DNA of 32,622 bases from Nitrospirales bacterium (GTDB lineage: Bacteria; Nitrospirota; Nitrospiria; Nitrospirales; NS-4), in contig JAVHQA010000142.1 of assembly GCA_036170875.1 (NCBI GenBank), positions 3,423-36,044 on the forward strand, read 5' to 3'. The notes under the pieces are model-generated. The model was not told the DNA's origin, did no database searches, and saw only the letters and a list, made by a program, of their open reading frames with translations. Of the stretch, positions 11,209 to 18,845 are shown piece by piece. The position numbers were made by a program, and so were the translations under genes. The number at the start of each line of letters is the position of its first letter. Position 1 is the stretch's first letter.

Positions 11209-12638
11209 TATCCCAGCGCCTCCAGGACGCGTTCCATCCGTGCTCCCCGCGAGCCCTTGAGGAGCACCACGTCGCCTTTTCGCAGAATCCCCCTGAGCCG
11301 CTCCGCCGCTGTGCGATGATCCCGGGCGGCAACGACACAGTCGGTCGGCATCCCTGCCCCCCGCGCGCCTTCCGCAATGCCGGCCGCCAGATCTCCAACC
11401 GTCAGCAGATAATCCGTTCCCAGACGCGCCGCCTCCGCACCGATGTCCCGATGGGCCTGCGCGGTCTCTCTCCCGAGCTCCAGCATGTCGCCCAGCACGG
11501 CGATCGCCCGGCCGGTTCCCCTGGCCTCGGTCAGCCACCGGAGGGCGGCCCGCATGGAGGCCGGATTGGCGTTGTAGCAATCGTTCAGCACCGTCACGCC
11601 TCGCCACCGGCGCACCTCGGAGCGCATGCCGGCCGGGCGATAGCGTGTGAGGCCCGCGCGAATCGCGCCCTCGCCGACCCCGACGGCCAGGCCCGCCGCC
11701 ACGGCCGCCAGCGCGTTGGCGACGTTGTGCGCGCCCGCCGTCGCCAGACTGACCGGGAACGGGCGGGCGCGATCGCGCACGCCGATGCGTAGCGTCGTGG
11801 AGGACGGTCCCTGCGTCTCGACATGGAGGGCCCGCACGTCGGCCCTGCGTGACAACCCGAAGGAAAGCACCCGCCCACGCACCCGCGCGCACAGCTCGTC
11901 GTAGAAGGCATCGTCGGCATTGAGCACGGCCGTGCCGCCCGCGGGCAGCGCGTCGAGCATCTCGCCCTTGGCCCGCGCCACCGTGCGGACGTTGCCGAGC
12001 GTCTCCAGGTGCGTTGGGCCGATGTTCGTCAGTACGCCGTGAGTCGGCTCCGCGATCTCGCAGAGACGCGCCATTTCCCCCAGCCCGCTGATGCCCATCT
12101 CGATGACTGCCGCCTCGTGGCACGGCGTCAGACGCAGCAGCGTCTGCGGCACACCAATGTGGTTGTTGAGATTGCCCTCGGTCTTCAGCGTGATGAACCG
12201 TTCGGCCAGGATGGCGGCGATCATGTCCTTGGTCGTCGTCTTGCCGTTGCTCCCGCTGACCGCCACCACCGGAATATCGAACCGCCGCCGGTGCGCACGG
12301 GCCAGGTCCTGAAACGCGCGGAGGGGCTCGTCAACTGCAATCAGGAGCGCCGTTCCGGGGAGCTTGAATCCATGCCGCACAAGGGCCCCGACGGCGCCTT
12401 TCCTGAGCGCCTCCGCGACAAACCGGTGTCCATCGAACCGCTCGCCGGCCAGGGCGACAAAGAGATCGCCGCGCCGGACCGTCCGCGAATCCGTCCACAC
12501 GCGCCGGACCGCCGTTCCAGGCGCGCCCTGGGAGAGCGCGCCGCCGGTGAGTGCGGCTATGTCAGCGTGTGTGAAGAGGGCCACCGTGCCATCCGTTGTT
12601 GATTCCGCGCATCCCGCCGGCTCCAGCGCGACGGTCAT
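11208..12638 (-). CDS. murF: UDP-N-acetylmuramoyl-tripeptide--D-alanyl-D-alanine ligase
   Basis: ORF track, 476 aa. P-loop [13 protein letters not shown]. Mur ligase domains. ATGA overlap with the murE stop. Confidence 0.94.
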
Positions 12639-14125
12639 CGCGTCAGCGCCTCGATCGCCTCGCGCGCCACCACGCGATCGTCGAACGGGTGCTTGTTCGT
12701 TCCGATGATCTGGTAATTCTCATGGCCCTTCCCCGCGAGCAGCACCAGATCGCCCGGCTGCGCCATCCGCACCGCCTCCTCGATCGCCGCGCGACGGTCC
12801 GCGTGGACGACGTACCGGCCCCGACCCGCCTCCCGCAAACCGGCCTGGACGCCGGGAATGATTTCACGAATGATGGCCTCGGGGTCCTCGGTCCGGGGAT
12901 TGTCGGACGTCACGACCACGACGTCGCTGTAGACCGCGCTGACCCGCCCCATCTGGGGCCGCTTGCCGCGGTCCCGGTCGCCGCCGCAGCCGAACACCGT
13001 GATGATCCGCCCCGTCTTGACCGCCTCTGCCGTGGTGAGCAATCGGAACAGGGCGTCCTCGGTATGCGCGTAGTCGACGACCACCGTGAAGGACTGGCCC
13101 GCCTCGACCCGCTCGAATCGTCCCGGCACGTTCGTCATGGCGGCAATGCCGGCCGCGATCGTCGGCAGGGCGATCCCCTGCTCCAGCCCCACTCCAACGG
13201 CCGCAAGAATGTTGTAGACGTTGTGGCGTCCCACCAGCGGAGAGCGGAGCGCCACGGCCCCGGCCGGCGTCTGCGCCGTGAAGCGCAGGCCTCCCAGCGA
13301 GATCCGGACATCCCCGGCGCGCAGATCGGCCGGCCGATCGACGGCATAGGTCCAGACGCGCGCCCTGGTCGCTTCCGCAACGCGGGTTCCATAGGGATCA
13401 TCGAGATTGACGATGGCCCGCCCCTCCGGCCCGAGCCCCGCGAAGAGCCGCAGCTTCGCCTGAAAGTAGTCTTCCATGTCGGCATGAAAATCCAGGTGAT
13501 CCTGCGTGAGGTTGGTGAACACCGCCGTCCCGAACTCGCAGCCCGCCGTCCGGTCGAGCGCGAGCGCGTGGGAGGAGACTTCCATTACCGCCGTGTCGCT
13601 CGCGGCATCGGCCATCTTCTTGAACAGCCCCTGCAGCTCCACGGCGCCCGGTGTCGTGTGGGTCGCCTCGATCCGCTCGTTCCCGATCAAGTAGGCCACA
13701 GTCCCGACCAGGCCCACCCTGGCGCCCGCGGCCTCCAGCACGGACTTGCAGAGATAGGTCGTCGTGGTTTTCCCGTTGGTGCCGGTCACGCCGATCATCT
13801 TGAGCCGGTGCGACGGATCGCCGAGCAGGCGGGACGCCAGGACGCCGAGGACATGCCGCGAATCGCGGACCTCAATGACGGGCACGCCGAGCGCATCCAG
13901 CGTGCCGGCCGGCGCGCATCCGGCCTCGACGACCAGCGCCCCCGCGCCCGCGGACACGGCCTGATGCAGATACCGATGGCCGTCTGCCTGTGTGCCCTTC
14001 ACCGCCACGAACAGCCCTCCCGGAGACACCCGCCGTGAATCATCCGTCAACGCCGTGATCTCCCGATCCAGGTCGCCGTGCATCACTACCTCGCCGAGCG
14101 GTCTCACCAAATCCCGCAGTCTCAT
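12635..14125 (-). CDS. murE: UDP-N-acetylmuramoyl-L-alanyl-D-glutamate--2,6-diaminopimelate ligase
   Basis: ORF track 12635..14233, trimmed to ATG 14125 (MRLRDLVRPLGEV...), which forms an ATGA overlap with the ftsI stop. VTGTNGKTTTTYL. The DNPR motif (VVVTSDNPRTEDP) indicates meso-DAP specificity. 496 aa. Confidence 0.93.
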   Translation of the reverse strand: MRLRDLVRPLGEVVMHGDLDREITALTDDSRRVSPGGLFVAVKGTQADGHRYLHQAVSAGAGALVVEAGCAPAGTLDALGVPVIEVRDSRHVLGVLASRLLGDPSHRLKMIGVTGTNGKTTTTYLCKSVLEAAGARVGLVGTVAYLIGNERIEATHTTPGAVELQGLFKKMADAASDTAVMEVSSHALALDRTAGCEFGTAVFTNLTQDHLDFHADMEDYFQAKLRLFAGLGPEGRAIVNLDDPYGTRVAEATRARVWTYAVDRPADLRAGDVRISLGGLRFTAQTPAGAVALRSPLVGRHNVYNILAAVGVGLEQGIALPTIAAGIAAMTNVPGRFERVEAGQSFTVVVDYAHTEDALFRLLTTAEAVKTGRIITVFGCGGDRDRGKRPQMGRVSAVYSDVVVVTSDNPRTEDPEAIIREIIPGVQAGLREAGRGRYVVHADRRAAIEEAVRMAQPGDLVLLAGKGHENYQIIGTNKHPFDDRVVAREAIEALTR

Positions 14126-15864
14126 CGCGCCGCAAGAATCGGGGTCTCCTCCGCTTTCGGCAGGATGCCGAGATGCCGAACCGCCTGCGCCGCGATCCGC
14201 TGGAAGACGGGCGCCGCCACGGCCCCGCCCCAATGGACGGTGTGCGGCTCATCCACCATCACCAGGATGCAGAGCTTCGGATCGTTCGCCGGAAGAAAGC
14301 CCACAAACGAGCTGACCGTCCGCGTAGCCGAATAGCCGCCGGTCAGCGGGTCCGCCTTCTGGGCGGTCCCGGTTTTGCCGGCCACGTCGTACCCGGGCAG
14401 CGCCGCCAACGTACCGGTGCCGCCGGGCAGCACCACGCCGCGCAGGATGTCGGTCATGACCCCGGCGGTTTCCGGCGAGACGGCGCGGCGCCGGACGAGC
14501 GGATCGAAGCGGGCGACGGTTTCTCCGGCGGGCGTCCGGACCTCCGAGACCAGGAAAGGACGCATGAGCGATCCGCCGTTCGCGATGGCCGACACCGCCA
14601 TCACCAGTTGCATCGGCGTCACGCCGATCTCCTGCCCCATGGCGATCGAGGCCAGCGTGCGGCGGCCCCAGGCCTGCGGCTCCTTGGTCAGCCCCCGCTG
14701 CTCCCCGCTCAGGTCCACGTCCGTCTTCTGGCCGAACCCAAAGGCGTTGACGTACCGGGCCAGCTTGTCCGGCCCCAGGCGCTGGGCCACTTTGATCGTG
14801 CCGATGTTGCTGGACTTCTGGAGGACCTGGGCGAAGGTCATCCAGCCGTGCTTGTGGCTGTCATGGACGACGGTGTTTTCGACGGCAAACGACCCCTCCT
14901 CGCCGAAAATGAGCTCGTCCGGAGAGACCAGTTTTTCTTCGAGCGCGGCCGCGGCGGTGACCAACTTGAACGTCGAGCCCGGTTCGTAGGAGTCGCTGAT
15001 GGTGCGGTTCCGCCACAGGTTCGCGTCCCCCTTGGGCTCGTTCGGGTCGAATGTCGGCCGCACCGCCAGGGCCATGATCGCGCCGGTTTTCGGCTCCACC
15101 ACGATGACGACCCCCGAGGCCGCCCGCGTGCGCGTGACCACCTCATCGAGTTCCTGTTCGGCGATGTACTGAATGACTTCGTCGATCGTCAGGACGAGAT
15201 CCTTCCCGGGCAGCGGGGCAACGTAATTCAATTCCTTCGGGAAGACGGCGCCGCCGAAGGCGTCCCGTTCCACGACGAGATGCCCGCGCTCGCCGCGCAG
15301 CTGGGCATCGTAGCGCCGCTCCAGACCCTCCTGGCCCTGGTTGTCGATATTCGCAAACCCGAGGACGTGGGACAGCATGGCGCCCTTGGGATAGAAGCGG
15401 CGGCCCTCCGGAATCACGCCGATGCCGTCCAGGGACAGCCCTTGCAGTCCTTCCGCCCGCTCCGGTTCGAGCCGGCGCGCCAACCAGACGAAGTCCCGCT
15501 CGCTCGTGAGCTTGGACTCAAGCTGTCGCACATCGGTTTTCAGCACACGGTTGAGCCGGGCGGCCGTGGCCCGCGGATCCGACACGTATTTCGGCGCGCC
15601 GAAGACCGACGGAACCTCCATGTTGATCGCCAGAATTTTCCCGCTCCGATCGTAGATGGCGCCACGTCCCGCCTCCACCGCGAGCGTCTTCTTATGCTGG
15701 CGATCGGCCATCTGCGTGAACTCCTCCGCCCGAAGAACCTGCAGGTTGAACAGGCGTCCCGCGATGACGAAAAAACCGAGCCCGATCAGGACTGCGGCCA
15801 CGATCACGCGTCTTCGTTTTCTGTCTTCTTCGTCCACCGTGTCCGTCCTTGCCGCCACCCTCAC
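14122..15864 (-). CDS. ftsI: Peptidoglycan D,D-transpeptidase FtsI (class B PBP)
   Basis: The ORF track entry (705 aa) extends across ftsL in another frame. The probable start is GTG 15864 (VRVAARTDTVDEEDRKRRRVIVAAVLIGLGFFVIAG), overlapping the ftsL TAG by 1 nt. Later GTGs at 15858 and 15837 are also possible. Motifs STFK, SSN and KTGT are present. Confidence 0.9.
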   Translation of the reverse strand: MRVAARTDTVDEEDRKRRRVIVAAVLIGLGFFVIAGRLFNLQVLRAEEFTQMADRQHKKTLAVEAGRGAIYDRSGKILAINMEVPSVFGAPKYVSDPRATAARLNRVLKTDVRQLESKLTSERDFVWLARRLEPERAEGLQGLSLDGIGVIPEGRRFYPKGAMLSHVLGFANIDNQGQEGLERRYDAQLRGERGHLVVERDAFGGAVFPKELNYVAPLPGKDLVLTIDEVIQYIAEQELDEVVTRTRAASGVVIVVEPKTGAIMALAVRPTFDPNEPKGDANLWRNRTISDSYEPGSTFKLVTAAAALEEKLVSPDELIFGEEGSFAVENTVVHDSHKHGWMTFAQVLQKSSNIGTIKVAQRLGPDKLARYVNAFGFGQKTDVDLSGEQRGLTKEPQAWGRRTLASIAMGQEIGVTPMQLVMAVSAIANGGSLMRPFLVSEVRTPAGETVARFDPLVRRRAVSPETAGVMTDILRGVVLPGGTGTLAALPGYDVAGKTGTAQKADPLTGGYSATRTVSSFVGFLPANDPKLCILVMVDEPHTVHWGGAVAAPVFQRIAAQAVRHLGILPKAEETPILAAR

Positions 15865-16175
15865 TAGTTGGTATGCGCCGCGCGAACCACGCGGCTGGCC
15901 GGCGCGTCCGCAATCGGCGGCGCGGAGCCTTTCACCAGCACCACCTGGTTGTACCGGGGCCGGACCATGCCAAGCTGGCTGACGGCGACACGCTCGATCT
16001 GCTCGGGAGACGTCAGCCTGGCCAGCTCCAGCAGGAGGGCCTTCTGCTCCTGCTGCGCCTGCTTCCTTTTGTCCTGGAGAGCCGTGATCGCGTACCCTGT
16101 CCGGTAGATATCCACTTTCACCCACACCGCCGACAGCACCAGCGCCAGCAACACCGTTCCGACCAGGTATTTCAT
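15864..16175 (-). CDS. ftsL: Cell division protein FtsL
   Basis: ORF track, 103 aa. N-terminal TM (YLVGTVLLALVLSAVWV) followed by a coiled-coil-like segment LQDKRKQAQQEQKALLLELARL. Lies between rsmH and ftsI. ATGA overlap with the rsmH stop. Confidence 0.85.
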   Translation of the reverse strand: MKYLVGTVLLALVLSAVWVKVDIYRTGYAITALQDKRKQAQQEQKALLLELARLTSPEQIERVAVSQLGMVRPRYNQVVLVKGSAPPIADAPASRVVRAAHTN

Positions 16176-17077
16176 GCCGCTTCCTCCCTGCGCTCAAGCA
16201 CGCGCATTTTGGCGCTCCGGGCCCGCGGGTTCCCGGCACATTCCTGCTCGGACGGCGTGAGCGGGCGCTTGGTCAGCACGGCAAACCCCGCATCCTCGCC
16301 GGCGGCCAGTGCCCGAAACGTGTGCTTCACAATGCGATCCTCCAGGGAATGGAACGAGAGCACCACGAGACGGCCGCCCGGACGCACAAGCCCGGCCGCA
16401 TGCCGGAGCGATGTGTCGAGGCCGTCGAGTTCCCGGTTCACAGCAATCCGGAGGGCTTGAAAGGTGCGCGTGGCGAAGTGGAGCCGGCCATGCAGGTACG
16501 CCGGCGGCACCGTTCCGCGGAGCACGTCGACCAGCGCCAGGGTCGTCAGGATGGGATCCCGTTCCCGCCTCCGGATGATCGCGCGGGCGATGCGCCGCGC
16601 GTACCGCTCCTCGCCGAACTCGAACAGCATCCGCACCAACTCCTGCTCGGGCAGGCGATTGACAAGATCGGCGGCGGTACGCGATTCCCGCTGGTCCATT
16701 CTCATGTCGAGCGGTCCCTCCGCCATAAAACTGAATCCCCGCGCGGCCTGATCCAACTGCATGGAGGACACACCGAGATCGAGCAGCGCGCCATCAACAC
16801 CGCGCGGCGCCGGATCCCGCAGAACCTCCGCAGCATCCTTGTAATCCGCCTGCATGATCAGCGCCCGGTCGCCGAAGGGCGCCAGTTTCTCACGGGCCGA
16901 CGCCACCGCGGCCGCATCGCGATCCAGCCCGATGATCCGGCCGTCCGGCCCGCTGGCCTCAAGAATGGCCTGGCTGTGCCCGCCCGCCCCGATCGTCCCA
17001 TCAAGATAGATCCCTCCCGACTGCGGCTTCAGCCACGCCAGCACCTCTTCGAGCATGACCGGCCGGTGCATCATCAC
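16172..17077 (-). CDS. rsmH: 16S rRNA (cytosine1402-N4)-methyltransferase
   Basis: ORF track, 301 aa: DGTIGAGGHS, LDLGVSSMQLD, SFHSLEDRIVK. First gene of the dcw cluster here. Three consecutive ATGs at the start. Confidence 0.95.
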   Translation of the reverse strand: MMMHRPVMLEEVLAWLKPQSGGIYLDGTIGAGGHSQAILEASGPDGRIIGLDRDAAAVASAREKLAPFGDRALIMQADYKDAAEVLRDPAPRGVDGALLDLGVSSMQLDQAARGFSFMAEGPLDMRMDQRESRTAADLVNRLPEQELVRMLFEFGEERYARRIARAIIRRRERDPILTTLALVDVLRGTVPPAYLHGRLHFATRTFQALRIAVNRELDGLDTSLRHAAGLVRPGGRLVVLSFHSLEDRIVKHTFRALAAGEDAGFAVLTKRPLTPSEQECAGNPRARSAKMRVLERREEAA

Positions 17078-17109
17078 AATCCCGAGCGCACTCCCTCATC
17101 ATCGGCCCC

Positions 17110-17173
17110 AAAAGAAAATGCCGCATCCGATTGGAAGAGACGACCCATCTCTTCCAGCCGCATGCGGCATCTT
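17110..17173 (-). terminator. Intrinsic-terminator-like hairpin plus U-tract in the dcw leader
   Basis: The minus strand reads AAGAUGCCGCAUGCGGCUGGAAGAGA-UGGGUCG-UCUCUUCCAAUCGGAUGCGGCAUUUU followed by CUUUUGGGG. That gives a stem of about 24 bp with 2 mismatches and a GC-rich base, then a U-rich tail. It ends 32 nt upstream of the rsmH ATG. There is no U-tract on the plus strand. Confidence 0.55.
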
Positions 17174-17249
17174 CATCGGGCTCTGCAACCGATACGAACC
17201 CATGTAACCCTGCCTTAATTTTTCCCTAACCGCCCATCAATATAAGCCA

Positions 17250-17274
17250 ACCATAATCTCCCACTTTCACCCAC
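17250..17274 (-). promoter_or_regulatory. 10-bp-phased GTGGG direct repeats (MraZ-box-like operator)
   Basis: The minus strand reads GTGGGTGAAA GTGGGAGATT ATGGT. GTGGG occurs at 17274..17270 and 17264..17260, exactly 10 bp apart, with a degenerate third unit ATGGT at 17254..17250. These sit at about +6 to +30 from the predicted TSS. Confidence 0.4.
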
Positions 17275-17285
17275 TATTTGGAGAA

Positions 17286-17313
17286 AGTATACTCGCCATC
17301 TTCACGATGTCAA
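17286..17313 (-). promoter_or_regulatory. Sigma70-type promoter of the dcw operon (Pmra equivalent)
   Basis: The minus strand has TTGACA (17313..17308), a 16-nt spacer, and TATACT (17291..17286), preceded by the A/T-rich tract AAAAAGTCATAAAATTATTC. The predicted TSS is near A17279. A second, weaker candidate, TTGACA (17357..17352)-17 nt-TAAAAA (17334..17329), lies 44 bp upstream. Confidence 0.6.
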
Positions 17314-17461
17314 GAATAATTTTATGACTTTTTAAGTAGATAGGAAAAGTCTGTCAAACACTCGCGCCTGTGGATAAGTCGAGCCAACTACAAGAGGCAT
17401 ATCCACTGAATTCGGGTTGTGGCCGGATGGCCAGAAGAGGGGGCTATGCGAGGAGTCCTCT

Positions 17462-18757
17462 CTAGGGATAGATCTTGTAGAGCATGCGAGGGAACGGAAT
17501 GGTCTCACGGACGTGCTCGATGCCGCAGATCCAGGCGACGGCCCGCTCGATGCCCATGCCGAAACCGGCGTGTGGGACCGATCCGAACGTGCGCAGGTCC
17601 AGGTACCACTTGAAGGCGTCTTCAGGGAGGTGGTGCGCATTCAGGCGCGCCAGCAGCTTGTCGCGCTCATGGACGCGCTGGCCTCCCCCGATGATTTCGC
17701 CGTAGCCTTCCGGGGCCAGCACATCCATGCATAGCGCAAGGTCCGGGGTCTCCGGGTCGTTCTGCATGTAGAAGGCCTTCAGCGCGGTCGGGTAGCGGTG
17801 GACGATCACCGGCCGGTCGAATTCGTTGGAGAGGATCGTTTCCTCATCGCCGCCGAAATCGTCGCCGGGCTGAATCGGATTCCCCTTCCCGCGTAATATC
17901 GCCACCGCTTCGGCATACGTGAGCCGGGGGAACGGCGGCACAACGGCCTCCAGCTTTTTGACGTCCCGCTCCAGTATCTTCAGCTCTTCGCGGCGATGCT
18001 CCAGCACTCTCGCCACGATATGGGCGAGAAACTCCTCGGTCAGCACCATCATATCCGCGAGCTCCGCGAAGGCGACCTCCGGCTCCACCATCCAGAACTC
18101 CGTGAGGTGACGGCGGGTCTTGGATTTCTCGGCCCTGAAGGTCGGCCCAAAGCAATAGACCTTGCCGAATGCCGCCGCCGTCGCTTCGTTATAGAGCTGC
18201 CCGCTCTGCGTCAGGTAGGCCTTCTCGCCGAAGTAATCGGTCTCGAACAGCGTCGTCGTCCCCTCGCAGGCATTGGGGGTGAAAATCGGCGTGTCGGCCA
18301 GGATGAACCCCCGGTCGTCGAAGAAGTTGCGGCAGGCCCGGATGATCTCGTGGCGTATCCGAAGAATGGCCTCCTGCCGGTGGGACCGGAGCCAGAGGTG
18401 CCGGTGCTCCATCAAAAAACCGGTCCCGTGCTCTTTCGGCTGGATCGGGAATTCTTCTGCAACTAACTGCACCACTTCCAGGCGGGAAGCATGCAGCTCA
18501 TATCCGCCCAGCGCCCGCGCGTCGGCTTGCACAGTCCCCGTCAGCAGGAGGGAGGATTCCTGCGTCAGCCTGCCTGCCAGGGCAAACGCCTCATCGCCGA
18601 CCGCCGCCTTGCTGACGACCGCCTGGATGTCGCCCGTCCCGTCGCGCACCACCAGAAACGCGATCTTCCCGCCAACCCGCTTGTGGCGAAGCCAGCCGCG
18701 CACCGTCGCCTCCCGCCCCGCGTGTTTCGCAATCTCGTTGATGTAGGAAACCGGCAT
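17462..18757 (-). CDS. asnS: Asparagine--tRNA ligase
   Basis: ORF track, 431 aa. Class IIb aaRS with an N-terminal OB fold and the motif [21 protein letters not shown], typical of AsnRS. C-terminal [12 protein letters not shown]. Confidence 0.92.
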   Translation of the reverse strand: MPVSYINEIAKHAGREATVRGWLRHKRVGGKIAFLVVRDGTGDIQAVVSKAAVGDEAFALAGRLTQESSLLLTGTVQADARALGGYELHASRLEVVQLVAEEFPIQPKEHGTGFLMEHRHLWLRSHRQEAILRIRHEIIRACRNFFDDRGFILADTPIFTPNACEGTTTLFETDYFGEKAYLTQSGQLYNEATAAAFGKVYCFGPTFRAEKSKTRRHLTEFWMVEPEVAFAELADMMVLTEEFLAHIVARVLEHRREELKILERDVKKLEAVVPPFPRLTYAEAVAILRGKGNPIQPGDDFGGDEETILSNEFDRPVIVHRYPTALKAFYMQNDPETPDLALCMDVLAPEGYGEIIGGGQRVHERDKLLARLNAHHLPEDAFKWYLDLRTFGSVPHAGFGMGIERAVAWICGIEHVRETIPFPRMLYKIYP

Positions 18758-18765
18758 GCGCCGAG

Positions 18766-18774
18766 TCTATACCA
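18766..18774 (-). promoter_or_regulatory. Candidate extended -10 promoter for asnS (leaderless geometry)
   Basis: The minus strand has TGGTATAGA (TGn + TATAGA) ending 8 nt before the asnS ATG at 18757. There is no SD between them. The -35 is poor (TTGCGC at 15-nt spacing). Confidence 0.35.
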
Positions 18775-18807
18775 GGGGCCCAGGCGGCGCAAGGCGCGGA
18801 GACTGGG

Positions 18808-18836
18808 TTGCACCATCCCCGCCGACGCCGTACAAT
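18808..18836 (+). promoter_or_regulatory. Candidate sigma70 promoter for the FG-GAP protein gene (leaderless geometry)
   Basis: TTGCAC (18808..18813), a 17-nt spacer, and TACAAT (18831..18836). The ATG at 18846 is only 9 nt downstream of the -10 and has no SD. Confidence 0.5.
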
Positions 18837-18845
18837 GCGCCCAGC

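Noticed and set aside
12596-15867. Plus-strand ORFs of 480 aa (12596..14038) and 564 aa (14173..15867)
   Set aside because: They are antisense to murE and ftsI. Their translations are arginine- and histidine-rich low-complexity sequence. The opposite-strand genes carry unambiguous Mur ligase and PBP motifs.
17215-17274. Possible decayed mraZ remnant: the GTG-initiated frame VGESGRLWLAYIDGRLGKN* faintly recalls the MraZ N-terminal L..LD.KGRL motif
   Set aside because: It is only 19 codons before a stop. The similarity rests on 4-5 residues with a gap. It would overlap the GTGGG repeats that should lie upstream of mraZ. It cannot be distinguished from chance without an alignment.
17332-17640. 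A 102-aa minus-strand ORF reaching into the asnS-rsmH intergenic region
   Set aside because: Most of it overlaps the asnS 3' end in another frame. The intergenic part would cross the predicted promoter. No SD and no motifs.
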